Source of the DNA: Candidatus Omnitrophota bacterium
GTDB taxonomy: Bacteria; Omnitrophota; Gorgyraeia; JAHJTE01
Assembly: GCA_018830005.1 (NCBI GenBank)
Contig: JAHJTE010000001.1
Span: 577,332 to 641,331 of the forward strand
Length of the DNA stretch: 64,000 bases
Reading direction: 5' to 3'
Position 1 is the stretch's first letter. Each line of letters opens with the position of its first letter. The notes beneath the pieces are model-generated. The model was not told where the DNA came from. It made no database searches and saw nothing but the letters and a program-made list of their open reading frames with translations. The translations under genes were made by a program, and so were the position numbers. Positions 1 to 8,906 of this stretch are shown here, piece by piece.

Positions 1-1
1 A

Positions 2-646
2 GATGTAATTATAGTTAAAAGCAATAAAGGCACTTATCAGGCAAAGACACTAATAATCGCCTCTGGCAAAAGATCAAGAGAATTAAATGTCAAAGGCGAA
101 AAGGAATTCAAGAATAAGGGCCTTACATATTGCGCTACCTGCGATGGACCGCTGTTTTCTGGAAAGGATGTAGCAATTATTGGCGGCGGGAATTCAAGTC
201 TGGATGCTGCACTGCAATTAATAAAAATAGCCAAGCGCATTTATATAATAAATATTAGCTCAGGGCTTGCTGGAGATGCTGTAATGCTGGATAAGGTCTT
301 AGGCAACGAAAAGGTAAAGGTTTTTAATAACAGCTCTGTGACTGAAATTTTAGGAGATAAATTCCTCAGTTCCATTAAGATAAAGACTCAAGAAGGGCAA
401 GAGGAGCTTTTGGTTTCAGGCGTTTTTGTTGAAATCGGCCTTAATCCAAATTCTGAATTTGCACCCAGCTTAGAAAGAAATGAACTAGGTGAAATTAAGG
501 TGAACTTTCACAACGAGACAAATATTGAAGGAATCTTTGCTGCGGGTGATGTCACCAACGTCCCGGAGAAACAGATTATAATTGCCGCTGGTGAAGGCTC
601 TAAGGCGGCTTTAAGTGCTTTTGGTTTTCTGGCTAGGAAAAGATAG
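2..646 (+). CDS. trxB: thioredoxin-disulfide reductase, C-terminal portion (5' end lies outside the window)
   Basis: Translation from nt 2 contains GLTYCATCDGPLF (redox-active CxxC), the GGGNSSLDAAL NAD(P)H-binding motif and the C-terminal FAAGDV motif. The ORF runs off the 5' edge. Confidence 0.8.
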   Translation, partial: DVIIVKSNKGTYQAKTLIIASGKRSRELNVKGEKEFKNKGLTYCATCDGPLFSGKDVAIIGGGNSSLDAALQLIKIAKRIYIINISSGLAGDAVMLDKVLGNEKVKVFNNSSVTEILGDKFLSSIKIKTQEGQEELLVSGVFVEIGLNPNSEFAPSLERNELGEIKVNFHNETNIEGIFAAGDVTNVPEKQIIIAAGEGSKAALSAFGFLARKR

Positions 647-740
647 ATATATACTTAAAAATATTCCCTTCCTCTTGCGCCTGTTAGTTGTTGTTAAAAG
701 AGGGATTGGAAAGGCCTGAGTTAAGAGAAAGGAGATAAGC

Positions 741-1874
741 ATGCCTAAAACAAACATCGAGGAGTTGAATCTTTTTGGACAAAGTGTCTGGTTGGACAAT
801 ATTAGTCGTTCTCTTATTGAAAGTGGTAAATTAAAAAGCTTAATAGCTAAAGGATTAAGAGGCATGACCTCTAACCCGACAATCTTTGATAAGGCTATCA
901 GTAATAGTGATGACTATGATCAGAAGATAAGACAATTATCCTTTGAAGCTAGATCGACTTTTGAAATTTATGATGCTTTGACGATTGCTGATATTCAGGA
1001 AGCTGCTGATATATTTAGGCCTGTGTATGATGAGACTGATGCCCAAGATGGTTATGTGAGTTTAGAGATTAATCCTGAACTTGCAGCAAGACCTAAAGAG
1101 ACCATAGAAGAAGGCAAGAGATTACACGGGATAGTAAATAGAGCCAATGTTATGCTTAAGGTGCCTGCAACTGATGCTGGATTTGAGGCCATTGAAGAGC
1201 TTCTTGCCTCTGGCATAAACATTAATGCTACTTTGATATTTTCCTTAGGCCAATATATTAAGACAGCGCAGGCTTATTTGAGAGGTCTTAGGCGGCTCTC
1301 AGCTGACTGTGGTGATTTGAGTAGAATAGTTTCAGTGGCGAGTGTTTTTGTAAGCCGCGTTGATACCAAAGTGGACAAAATGCTTGATGAGCGCATAGCA
1401 GAAGAGAGTGACGATTCAGTAAAAAAGCGACTACAGGCCTTAAAAGGAAAAGCAGCCGTGGCAAATTCAGCTATTATCTTTGGAAAATATTTAGAGATTT
1501 TTTCTGATAGTGAATTCAAGGAATTAGAAAAAAAAGGCGCTAAGGTTCAAAGGGCGCTCTGGGCCTCAACCAGTACCAAAAATCCAGCTTACAACGATAT
1601 TAAATACGTAAGTGAACTCATTGCAAGGGATACAGTCAATACCCTGCCAGATAATACATTTGATGCCTTTCTAGAACATGGAGTAGTAAAACAGGCCTTA
1701 ACAGCGGATATTACTCTAGTCCAAGCGGTTATTGATGATCTTAGGTGTTTTGACATTGACATAGATAGCGTATGTACAAAATTACTCCAGGATGGAGTAG
1801 TTGCATTTGAAAATTCGTTTCGCTCTCTTCTTGGTTCCTTAGAGGATAAGACTAAGAGGGTATGTGTTAAATAG
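741..1874 (+). CDS. tal: transaldolase (long actinobacterial-type form)
   Basis: 377 aa. SVWLDNISR and TSNPTIF motifs are typical of type 2 transaldolases. RBS AAGGAGA lies upstream. Confidence 0.8.
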   Translation: MPKTNIEELNLFGQSVWLDNISRSLIESGKLKSLIAKGLRGMTSNPTIFDKAISNSDDYDQKIRQLSFEARSTFEIYDALTIADIQEAADIFRPVYDETDAQDGYVSLEINPELAARPKETIEEGKRLHGIVNRANVMLKVPATDAGFEAIEELLASGININATLIFSLGQYIKTAQAYLRGLRRLSADCGDLSRIVSVASVFVSRVDTKVDKMLDERIAEESDDSVKKRLQALKGKAAVANSAIIFGKYLEIFSDSEFKELEKKGAKVQRALWASTSTKNPAYNDIKYVSELIARDTVNTLPDNTFDAFLEHGVVKQALTADITLVQAVIDDLRCFDIDIDSVCTKLLQDGVVAFENSFRSLLGSLEDKTKRVCVK

Positions 1875-1943
1875 GTTGGGTTAAATTAAGACGGGCCTCT
1901 TTTTTAATACAGAATTCCTCGAGTGCCTAAAATAAGGATTCAA

Positions 1944-3095
1944 ATGAATTCGTATCTGCGAACTCGCCTGGACTCTGCAAAAGTCCCCTTGGTAATAATA
2001 GCCACAGTATATCTTATATTTATAATTATGAGATTTACTATCTTTGATTATGAGCCCTCAGACTTTATAGAGGCAGGTGAAATGTTTTGTGATCCTGATC
2101 TTGTTCCTGACGGCTTAAGAGTGCTTGGCGATAATTCCGCTGGCTACGATGGCCAATTTTATTATCGTATGGCGCTTGATCCATTTGGTTTTAAAACTGA
2201 CGATTTCGGAATTACATTCGACGCCCCTTCTTATCGCCAACAACGGATTATGTATCCTTTAATTGTCTGGGGACTGTCGTTGGGACGTCCTGAGCTTGTT
2301 CCTATAATGATGATCTTGGTAAACTATTTTGCCTTGTGTTTAATCGCCTATTTAGGTGGACTTTTTGCCCAGTCAATGAAACAACATGCACTTTGGGGTC
2401 TTATTTTTGCTATATACCCAGGGTTTATCTTAAGTTTTGCGCGAGATCTTGCAGAAATAGTAGCAGTTTGTTTTTTGTTTTTGAGTCTATTCTTACTCCG
2501 AAACAACAAGCATCTCTTTGCTACCTTGTTTCTCACTCTGGCAATGTTTACGAGAGAGACCACGCTTATGGTTGCCGTAGCAGCTTTGTTAATTCGCTTC
2601 TTAGTGACAGATGAAGGCAAAAGTAATGATAAGTTGAAATGGTATTTTTTTGTAATACCTATTGTTTCATATTTTGGTTGGCAGTTATTTCTTTTTCTTA
2701 AGTGGGCAGAATGGCCTTTTCCTGTATCTAGTTATAATTTTGGTTTGCCATTGTTGGGTATTATAAATTTTTTCAAAGATAGAGAAAGAATTGACTTATT
2801 AGTATATTTTAGCGAGTTATGTTTCATTGTTGCATTTGCCATTTCCGTGCTAAAGTCTTTAGGCTCAACAGTAGCAACGAAACATGAAAAACTATCGTGG
2901 CTACTTTATGCAATTCCACTTTTATTTGCAAGCCGGGATTTTTGGGCAGAAGATTGGGGGTTTTTGCGTTTTCTTTCAGAATTTTATATTATTGGTTCCT
3001 TAATTATCCTCGGTTCAAAATTTAAACTAAAACTTCTAATATTTGTCTGTTCTCTGGTTTTTTGGCTATACTTGTTCAAAGATAGAATGCCATAA
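1944..3095 (+). CDS. polytopic integral membrane protein, function unknown
   Basis: Long ORF with about 10 hydrophobic segments. Start placed at the ATG at 1944, which is in-frame with the GTG at 1923. Confidence 0.5.
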   Translation: MNSYLRTRLDSAKVPLVIIATVYLIFIIMRFTIFDYEPSDFIEAGEMFCDPDLVPDGLRVLGDNSAGYDGQFYYRMALDPFGFKTDDFGITFDAPSYRQQRIMYPLIVWGLSLGRPELVPIMMILVNYFALCLIAYLGGLFAQSMKQHALWGLIFAIYPGFILSFARDLAEIVAVCFLFLSLFLLRNNKHLFATLFLTLAMFTRETTLMVAVAALLIRFLVTDEGKSNDKLKWYFFVIPIVSYFGWQLFLFLKWAEWPFPVSSYNFGLPLLGIINFFKDRERIDLLVYFSELCFIVAFAISVLKSLGSTVATKHEKLSWLLYAIPLLFASRDFWAEDWGFLRFLSEFYIIGSLIILGSKFKLKLLIFVCSLVFWLYLFKDRMP

Positions 3096-3121
3096 TATCT
3101 ATTTTATATAAGGAGAGCGCA

Positions 3122-3502
3122 ATGGAAAAAAAGAAGATACTAGTAGTCGATGATGAACTTGATTGTCTAGAGGCAATAAAGCAGAGACTAGAGGCGAAGA
3201 ATTATTTGGTGGTAGTTACATCCAAGGCTAAAGAGGTTTTTCCAACGGCAGAAAGGGAGGCACCCGACTTGATCCTTCTTGATATAGTAATGCCTGATAT
3301 GAATGGATATGAGATATGTGAACTCCTAAAGCAAGGAAATAAGACAAGAGATATACCCATAATACTTCTTACAGGCGAAAGTCTAGAGCCCAGAAGTATT
3401 ACCAAAAGATGCCTTAAATTAGGTGCTGACTCGTTTATTTTGAAGCCAATAGATATAGAAATACTTTTTAGTAAAATAAAAGAGTTATTAAAGGAAGAGT
3501 AG
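3122..3502 (+). CDS. single-domain response regulator (CheY-like receiver)
   Basis: KILVVDDE..DLILLDIVMPDMNG..LTGES..K motifs of a REC domain. 126 aa. RBS AAGGAGAG. Confidence 0.8.
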   Translation: MEKKKILVVDDELDCLEAIKQRLEAKNYLVVVTSKAKEVFPTAEREAPDLILLDIVMPDMNGYEICELLKQGNKTRDIPIILLTGESLEPRSITKRCLKLGADSFILKPIDIEILFSKIKELLKEE

Positions 3503-3522
3503 ATCTTTAGAGGGAGAAATTA

Positions 3523-3807
3523 TTGAGCAGGTCAAAGACGCGAAGATTTAAACGAGAAGGCAAGTTCTACGTATATATCCTTAAGTGTAAAAGCGGCACC
3601 TATTATACTGGCTATACAAACAATTTAGAAAATAGGATTAAAGAGCACAATGATGGAAAAGGTGCTAAATATACAAGAGACAGAAGGCCGGTTAAGCTGG
3701 TATGGAGCAGGGAATATAAATACTTTAAGAAGGCATTTTTAGAGGAAAAAAGAATTAAGAAATTAACGCGAGAACAGAAAAAAGAATTAGTAGATGCTAA
3801 AAAATAA
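3523..3807 (+). CDS. GIY-YIG nuclease family protein (UPF0213-like)
   Basis: FYVYILKCKSGTYYTGYTNNLENRIKEHN matches the GIY-YIG core. TTG start after GGGAG. Confidence 0.7.
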   Translation: MSRSKTRRFKREGKFYVYILKCKSGTYYTGYTNNLENRIKEHNDGKGAKYTRDRRPVKLVWSREYKYFKKAFLEEKRIKKLTREQKKELVDAKK

Positions 3808-3859
3808 GCTGATCTTAAAATTAATCAATTTACTCATGGTAATATGAAAGGAGGTTTGT

Positions 3860-4267
3860 ATGGAAAACACAGTATTTATCGCTAAACTTCTTGGTCCTTA
3901 CATGATCATTGTTGCATTAGGTATTATGTTGAACCTAAAGACCTATCAGAGGGTTATGGAGGATTTTTGTAAAAACACTGCCTTGGTTTATTTAGGCGGA
4001 ATATTTGCACTTTTATTCGGTCTTCTTGTAGTGATAATCCATAATGTATGGGTAGCTAGCTGGGTTGTAATCATTACAATCTTTGGCTGGGGCGGGATCG
4101 TTAAAGGTATCTGGTTAATCATCTTTCCGAATACGATAGACAAATTTATGCAGGTATACCAGAAGAAACAAGCTTTATTAAAGGTCTACTTGGTCCTGAT
4201 TCTTGCCCTCGGCGTATTCCTGACAATTAAGGGATATTTCATAGGTAGGCTTTGCGCTATTATGTGA
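3860..4267 (+). CDS. small membrane protein (about 4 TM segments)
   Basis: Hydrophobic 135 aa ORF with RBS AAGGAGG. Confidence 0.45.
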   Translation: MENTVFIAKLLGPYMIIVALGIMLNLKTYQRVMEDFCKNTALVYLGGIFALLFGLLVVIIHNVWVASWVVIITIFGWGGIVKGIWLIIFPNTIDKFMQVYQKKQALLKVYLVLILALGVFLTIKGYFIGRLCAIM

Positions 4268-4590
4268 TAATTTTATTTGTTTTAGTAGTTTTAATTGGAT
4301 TTTATGTTGGCAGACGTTGATGGCGATATGCATTGGGAGGCGTTGATGACTGTCAATGCCGTTTTGTTCTGTTCTGATTTACCATTTCGTGTTTCTAAAA
4401 AATATATGCCTTTTAGATATAGAAGGTTATCGGGTGATCCATTGGAAGATCACAGCGGGTTTAATTACGATATAGCACAGTCAGAAAGAGCATTTCATTA
4501 AGGGTCAATCAGGACTTTCGGATTACCGATGAGCACATTATTGCATGACTATTTTAAGTGTTTTAAGAAGATCAAATGCTCTAGTTCCTC

Positions 4591-4669
4591 TACCAAACAA
4601 TTTATGTAATTTTAAGAATTTTGTTTGGTAATTTTTTTTCTTGACAATTGTTACCAAACATAATATACT
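4591..4669 (+). promoter_or_regulatory. sigma70-like promoter flanked by three evenly spaced operator half-sites
   Basis: TTGACA at 4641-4646, 17-nt spacer, TATACT at 4664-4669. TACCAAACA half-sites at 4591-4600 (direct), 4621-4630 (inverted) and 4651-4660 (direct), 30 bp apart. Confidence 0.55.
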
Positions 4670-4708
4670 ATTTTTGGATATTTGTTAGGTAATTCTATAG
4701 GAGCGATT

Positions 4709-5029
4709 ATGGGAGTTATTAAAGGTGTTCTTAAAGAAGAATTAGAGAATTCTTTAAGAATGAAGAAGAATTATGAAAAAGCACTTGAAGTGCATCCGGG
4801 AGGTTGTTTCATCCGCAAAAAGATACGCGGGCATAATTATTATTATTTAGCTGTCCGTCAGGGGAAGAAAGTCAAATTCATTTATCAAGGTAAAAAACTA
4901 TCCAAAGAGGGCATTGCCAAGCTTGCGAAGTCAAAACAGCTTAGAAAGAAATACAAAAAACTGATTCAGAAGTTAAAAAAACGAATAAAATACTTAAGGA
5001 AAGTTTTGCATGGAAAAGAAGACGTTTAA
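4709..5029 (+). CDS. small basic protein, putative antitoxin or regulator partner of the downstream nucleotidyltransferase
   Basis: ATG at 4709 after TAGGAG. 106 aa, Lys/Arg-rich C-terminus. Overlaps the downstream gene by 20 nt. Confidence 0.45.
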   Translation: MGVIKGVLKEELENSLRMKKNYEKALEVHPGGCFIRKKIRGHNYYYLAVRQGKKVKFIYQGKKLSKEGIAKLAKSKQLRKKYKKLIQKLKKRIKYLRKVLHGKEDV

Positions 5030-5720
5030 TTTATGTTTAGAAGTGTTAAGAAGATTCAATAACGCCGGAATATTGAAATCAGTTGTCGTGATTGGTAGCT
5101 GGTGTATTTATTTTTATAGATATTATTTTAAGTCGAAATCTTACTCTACTTTTATTAGAACTACGGATATTGATTTTTTAGTTCCTTTACCTTTTAAGTT
5201 CAATAAAGAATTAGATTTACGTGAATTCCTCGAAGATCTTGGATTTAGACAGGAATTTAGAGGCTCAAAGGGATATATTAAATTAGTGCACCCGGATTTA
5301 ACTATTGAATTTCTCGTTCCGGAAAGAGGTCGCGGCAGTAATATGCCTTACCCTTTACCGGAATTGAAAGTTAATGCTGTGCGATTAAGATATCTAGATT
5401 TCCTTTTAGAAAATACGATGCTACTTAGTGCAAATGGAATGGAAATTCGCCTGCCTCATCCTGCGGCATACGCCTTGCATAAATTTATAATTTTTAAGCG
5501 TAGAAGAAAAATTGATAAGCATGATAGAGATATTGAAGGAGCGTTAAGGGTATTTTACGCATTGATACATAACAACGATCATAATGCTATAAGAAGCGTT
5601 TTCAACAAGATGCACCTTAAATGGCAAAAAACGGTTTTGCAGAATCTTGAATCTATTGAGGAATTTGAAATAATTGATATTTTGCAGAGCGAAGACCGTA
5701 CTGGTTCTAAATTTAAATAA
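5010..5720 (+). CDS. AbiEii/DUF1814-like nucleotidyltransferase-fold protein (putative toxin)
   Basis: IGSWCIYFY...TTDIDFLV matches the GG(S/T)-x-Y ... D-I-D-F pattern of AbiEii-type NTases. Paralogous to the protein at 33215. Confidence 0.45.
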   Translation: MEKKTFNLCLEVLRRFNNAGILKSVVVIGSWCIYFYRYYFKSKSYSTFIRTTDIDFLVPLPFKFNKELDLREFLEDLGFRQEFRGSKGYIKLVHPDLTIEFLVPERGRGSNMPYPLPELKVNAVRLRYLDFLLENTMLLSANGMEIRLPHPAAYALHKFIIFKRRRKIDKHDRDIEGALRVFYALIHNNDHNAIRSVFNKMHLKWQKTVLQNLESIEEFEIIDILQSEDRTGSKFK

Positions 5721-5899
5721 CAAGTCCTTTGATCCCGTATGAAAATTTAAGGAATTAGTAATGAAACTTTATCTTAAAGTCTATATTAAGACTTTAAGAT
5801 GGCCGATAGCTGCGTTATAGGGGGACTATGGAGAGGATAGCGGAGGTACTAGTTAAATTAGATTGAGCTTGAAAGGTGCAAATATAAAGAGAATAAAAG

Positions 5900-6562
5900 A
5901 TGAGTTTTAAAAATAGGTTTAAACGCTGGTTTAAATTACGCTTTGCCATTATTTATCCTTTTGGTATCTTTGTAGTTCTCTCTAGCTATCCTGATGATAA
6001 GTCAATAATGAATGGGATTTGGTTTATTTTAATTGGTTTATTCCTGCGAAGTTGGGCGAATGGCTATGCAATAAAGTTAGAAAAACTCACTACTTCTGGT
6101 CCCTATGCTTTCGTAAGACACCCCCTTTATCTAGGTACGATTCTACTTGTTCTTGGTTTTATTATTATGCTGAAAATTTATTATCTAGGCACATTATTCT
6201 TCTTAATAATAATAGGAGTATACTACCGAACAATTAAAAAAGAGGAGCAGATGTTAGAACAAAAATTCAAACATCGATACATCGATTATAAAAATAAAAT
6301 TCCAGCCATAGTGCCTGCGGTTTCTCCTTATCGTGAAGGCGAAAAATGGTCTTTTAGCTTGAAGCGTCTGATTAAAAGCCAAGAATATAAATTGTTTCTT
6401 TGGATGATCATTCTCGTAATTGCATTCCACTTAAAAGAGGAATTCTTAGTAGAACATGAAAAAATAGATACGAAAATAATTGTATTAATAGTTACTGCTT
6501 TTTTTCTGGGAATTATCGATTTTATAGGTGAAATAATAAGATGGAAAAAGAACGAGACTTAA
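5900..6562 (+). CDS. isoprenylcysteine carboxyl methyltransferase (ICMT/PEMT) family membrane protein
   Basis: GPYAFVRHPLYLG motif and multiple TM segments. Confidence 0.6.
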   Translation: MSFKNRFKRWFKLRFAIIYPFGIFVVLSSYPDDKSIMNGIWFILIGLFLRSWANGYAIKLEKLTTSGPYAFVRHPLYLGTILLVLGFIIMLKIYYLGTLFFLIIIGVYYRTIKKEEQMLEQKFKHRYIDYKNKIPAIVPAVSPYREGEKWSFSLKRLIKSQEYKLFLWMIILVIAFHLKEEFLVEHEKIDTKIIVLIVTAFFLGIIDFIGEIIRWKKNET

Positions 6563-6624
6563 ATAAAAAAGTATACCTGAAAAATAATGATATTTTAGGT
6601 GTTGATTAAGCTGGAGGTAATATT

Positions 6625-7101
6625 ATGAAACATTCACTAAAAGTAGGATTTAGTTTTGGCGTAACTTCTGGAATAATTACAACGCTTGGGTTGATGGTAG
6701 GGTTGCATTCAGGCACTAATTCGAAGCTAGTCGTTATAGGAGGAATTTTGACAATAGCAATAGCAGATGCATTTTCAGATGCATTGGGTATTCATGTCTC
6801 TGAAGAGATGGAAAATAAACATACTGCGAAGCAAGTGTGGGCGGCGACAATTGCTACATTTTTCTCTAAGCTTGTCTTTGCACTAACATTTATTATTCCA
6901 GTTTTGCTATTTGAACTTTCTACAGCAATTGTGATAGCTATAATTTGGGGATTATCTATACTTTCTCTTTTTAGTTATAGAATGGCTAGAAAACAGAGGG
7001 TAAATCCTTGGAAGGTTCTTGCTGAGCATTTGTTCATAGCAATAATCGTTATAATCATAACCCATTATCTTGGTGATTGGATAGCATCGAATTTTGCTTG
7101 A
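6625..7101 (+). CDS. VIT1/CCC1-family (DUF125-like) membrane protein, short form
   Basis: GFSFGVTSGIITTLGLMVGL resembles the VIT family signature. 158 aa with 4-5 TM segments. Confidence 0.4.
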   Translation: MKHSLKVGFSFGVTSGIITTLGLMVGLHSGTNSKLVVIGGILTIAIADAFSDALGIHVSEEMENKHTAKQVWAATIATFFSKLVFALTFIIPVLLFELSTAIVIAIIWGLSILSLFSYRMARKQRVNPWKVLAEHLFIAIIVIIITHYLGDWIASNFA

Positions 7102-7504
7102 CTCTTAATGGTGAATAGCAATAGTGATAATGTTTAGCCATTTGTAATGAATAACGATATGAAAGTTTTTATAAGGGCATGGGGATGACCGATGGTTGCA
7201 CTATTACATGACGATAATTAAGATATTTAAACAAAGGCAGATATAGTGGATAGTTACGTTCAGAAACGATGGTGGGCTCAAGGATGGTTTGTTTTGAGCG
7301 TCATAACAGTTTTGAATTCCGGGGATACATTACTTAATTCCTGATAGATAAGCGTTATGTCTTCCGAATTCGTCTATAGACATTGCCACAAAGGGTGCGC
7401 GGTTAATGTCGCCTGATCATCCTCTTATTAGATCTACCTGTTCAGTCAGCACATGTTTTGGAGACAAAATAGCCAGTTACACCAATAATAAAGATAGAGG
7501 GTAA

Positions 7505-8191
7505 ATGGAAGTTAAGGACTACTACGCAATTTTGGGAGTAGATGAAAGCGCTTCAAGTGAGCAGATAAAATCCGCTTACAGGAGTTTAGCCTTGAAGTAT
7601 CATCCAGATAGGTGCCCCGAAGAGAAAAAGAAGGAATGTGAAGAGAAATTCAAGGAGATCGCAGCTGCATATTACGTTTTGGGAGATGCCAAACGAAAAA
7701 AGGAATACGATGATTACCGAAAAGGCGCTTATGAATTTAGGAGCGGGCAGGGCTCGGGAGATTTTGCTTCGCAAACAGGGTTTGATTTTGAAGACTTAAT
7801 GAAGCATTTTCATGATCTTGGAGCACGCGGGGCCCGTCAGCAAGGGGGATTTAACAGATATTTCTTTTTTGATGACTTAACCGATATTTTTGAAGGGATG
7901 AGCTCAATGCAAGGCGATCAAGCCGGTGGTCCTTATACAGTTTATAACTTTACGGATACAGGGGGTCAACAAAAATATGATACAGATACATATGCAGACA
8001 TGAAGATTCCTCGAAATGTTGCTTTAAATGGCGGTGAAGTTAAAGTTAAGTTGAGCGATGCAAGAACAATTAGTCTAAAAATAAATCCCGGCACAAAGAA
8101 TGGCCAGAAATTAAGGTTAAAAGGCATCGGTAAAATGTGCCCTACGTGTGACCATAAGGGAGATCTAATAGTTACTATACGTTATTCATGA
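7505..8191 (+). CDS. J-domain (DnaJ-like) protein
   Basis: DYYAILGV...YRSLALKYHPDR with HPD tripeptide. The C-terminal region is unrelated to canonical DnaJ. Confidence 0.8.
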   Translation: MEVKDYYAILGVDESASSEQIKSAYRSLALKYHPDRCPEEKKKECEEKFKEIAAAYYVLGDAKRKKEYDDYRKGAYEFRSGQGSGDFASQTGFDFEDLMKHFHDLGARGARQQGGFNRYFFFDDLTDIFEGMSSMQGDQAGGPYTVYNFTDTGGQQKYDTDTYADMKIPRNVALNGGEVKVKLSDARTISLKINPGTKNGQKLRLKGIGKMCPTCDHKGDLIVTIRYS

Positions 8192-8219
8192 ACAGGTATT
8201 TGAAGCAGGGAGGTTAATG

Positions 8220-8381
8220 ATGGATAAAGATATCATAGGTATTGCAATAGGCGCATTTTTGGGTTTTTTGCTTGGCTATTTCGGCAAGTGTTCAACCGGT
8301 GTCTGTCCTTTGACGAGTAATAAATACATTAGTACTATTTATGGTGCATTATTAGGCTTTTTGATAGCTCGTTCCTTTTAG
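8220..8381 (+). CDS. small membrane protein with a CxxGxC motif
   Basis: 53 aa ORF after a GGAGG RBS, absent from the ORF track (<60 aa). Two hydrophobic helices flank GKCSTGVCP. Confidence 0.35.
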   Translation: MDKDIIGIAIGAFLGFLLGYFGKCSTGVCPLTSNKYISTIYGALLGFLIARSF

Positions 8382-8446
8382 CTATAAGATTTATTCTACA
8401 CAGTCAATGAAAATCTTTATAAATGAGTCTACGCAAGGAGGTTTTT

Positions 8447-8716
8447 ATGAGCAGTAAAAAAAGTTTTAGTTTTGATGAAGCAAAGAAAATTGGAGAGCAA
8501 CTAGGAATAAAGTGGGATAAGTTTGATGTAGAGCAATTTAGGCAAGGCATGGATGTGGAGTTAGAGCACGGGTTGCGTGATCAAACAACAAATGTTACGG
8601 GCAACGACCCCTTGACGACAGGGAAGATTGCGCTTGCGCACTTAGAAGAATTTCCTGATTATTATACGAGGCTTGCGAAGATGGAGAAAGAGGCAGAGGA
8701 TTTTTGGGAAAAATAG
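8447..8716 (+). CDS. hypothetical protein
   Basis: ATG at 8447 six nt after GGAGG. 89 aa, acidic. Confidence 0.4.
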   Translation: MSSKKSFSFDEAKKIGEQLGIKWDKFDVEQFRQGMDVELEHGLRDQTTNVTGNDPLTTGKIALAHLEEFPDYYTRLAKMEKEAEDFWEK

Positions 8717-8755
8717 CAATAATAGTCTTGTTTTAGAAATTAAAGGAGGCTTAAC

Positions 8756-8881
8756 ATGGGAGTACAAAAAGTGGATGAAAAATATCGTTGTAATGTATGC
8801 GGGAATGAAGTGACTGTTACTAAAGTTGGTGGTGGAGAATTAGTTTGCTGTAATCAGCCTATGGAGAAAATAGAAGGATAG
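8756..8881 (+). CDS. dsr: desulforedoxin
   Basis: 41 aa ORF below the ORF-track cutoff. MGVQKVDEKYRCNVCGNEVTVTKVGGGELVCCNQPMEKIEG carries the CxxCG...GGGxLVCCxxxM desulforedoxin signature. RBS AAAGGAGG. Confidence 0.7.
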   Translation: MGVQKVDEKYRCNVCGNEVTVTKVGGGELVCCNQPMEKIEG

Positions 8882-8906
8882 ACAGTCTCAATCTACTTTA
8901 GAATTT

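Noticed and set aside
4295-4501. 68 aa ORF after the small membrane protein
   Set aside because: No RBS and odd composition, so probably non-coding. Not excluded, but unsupported.
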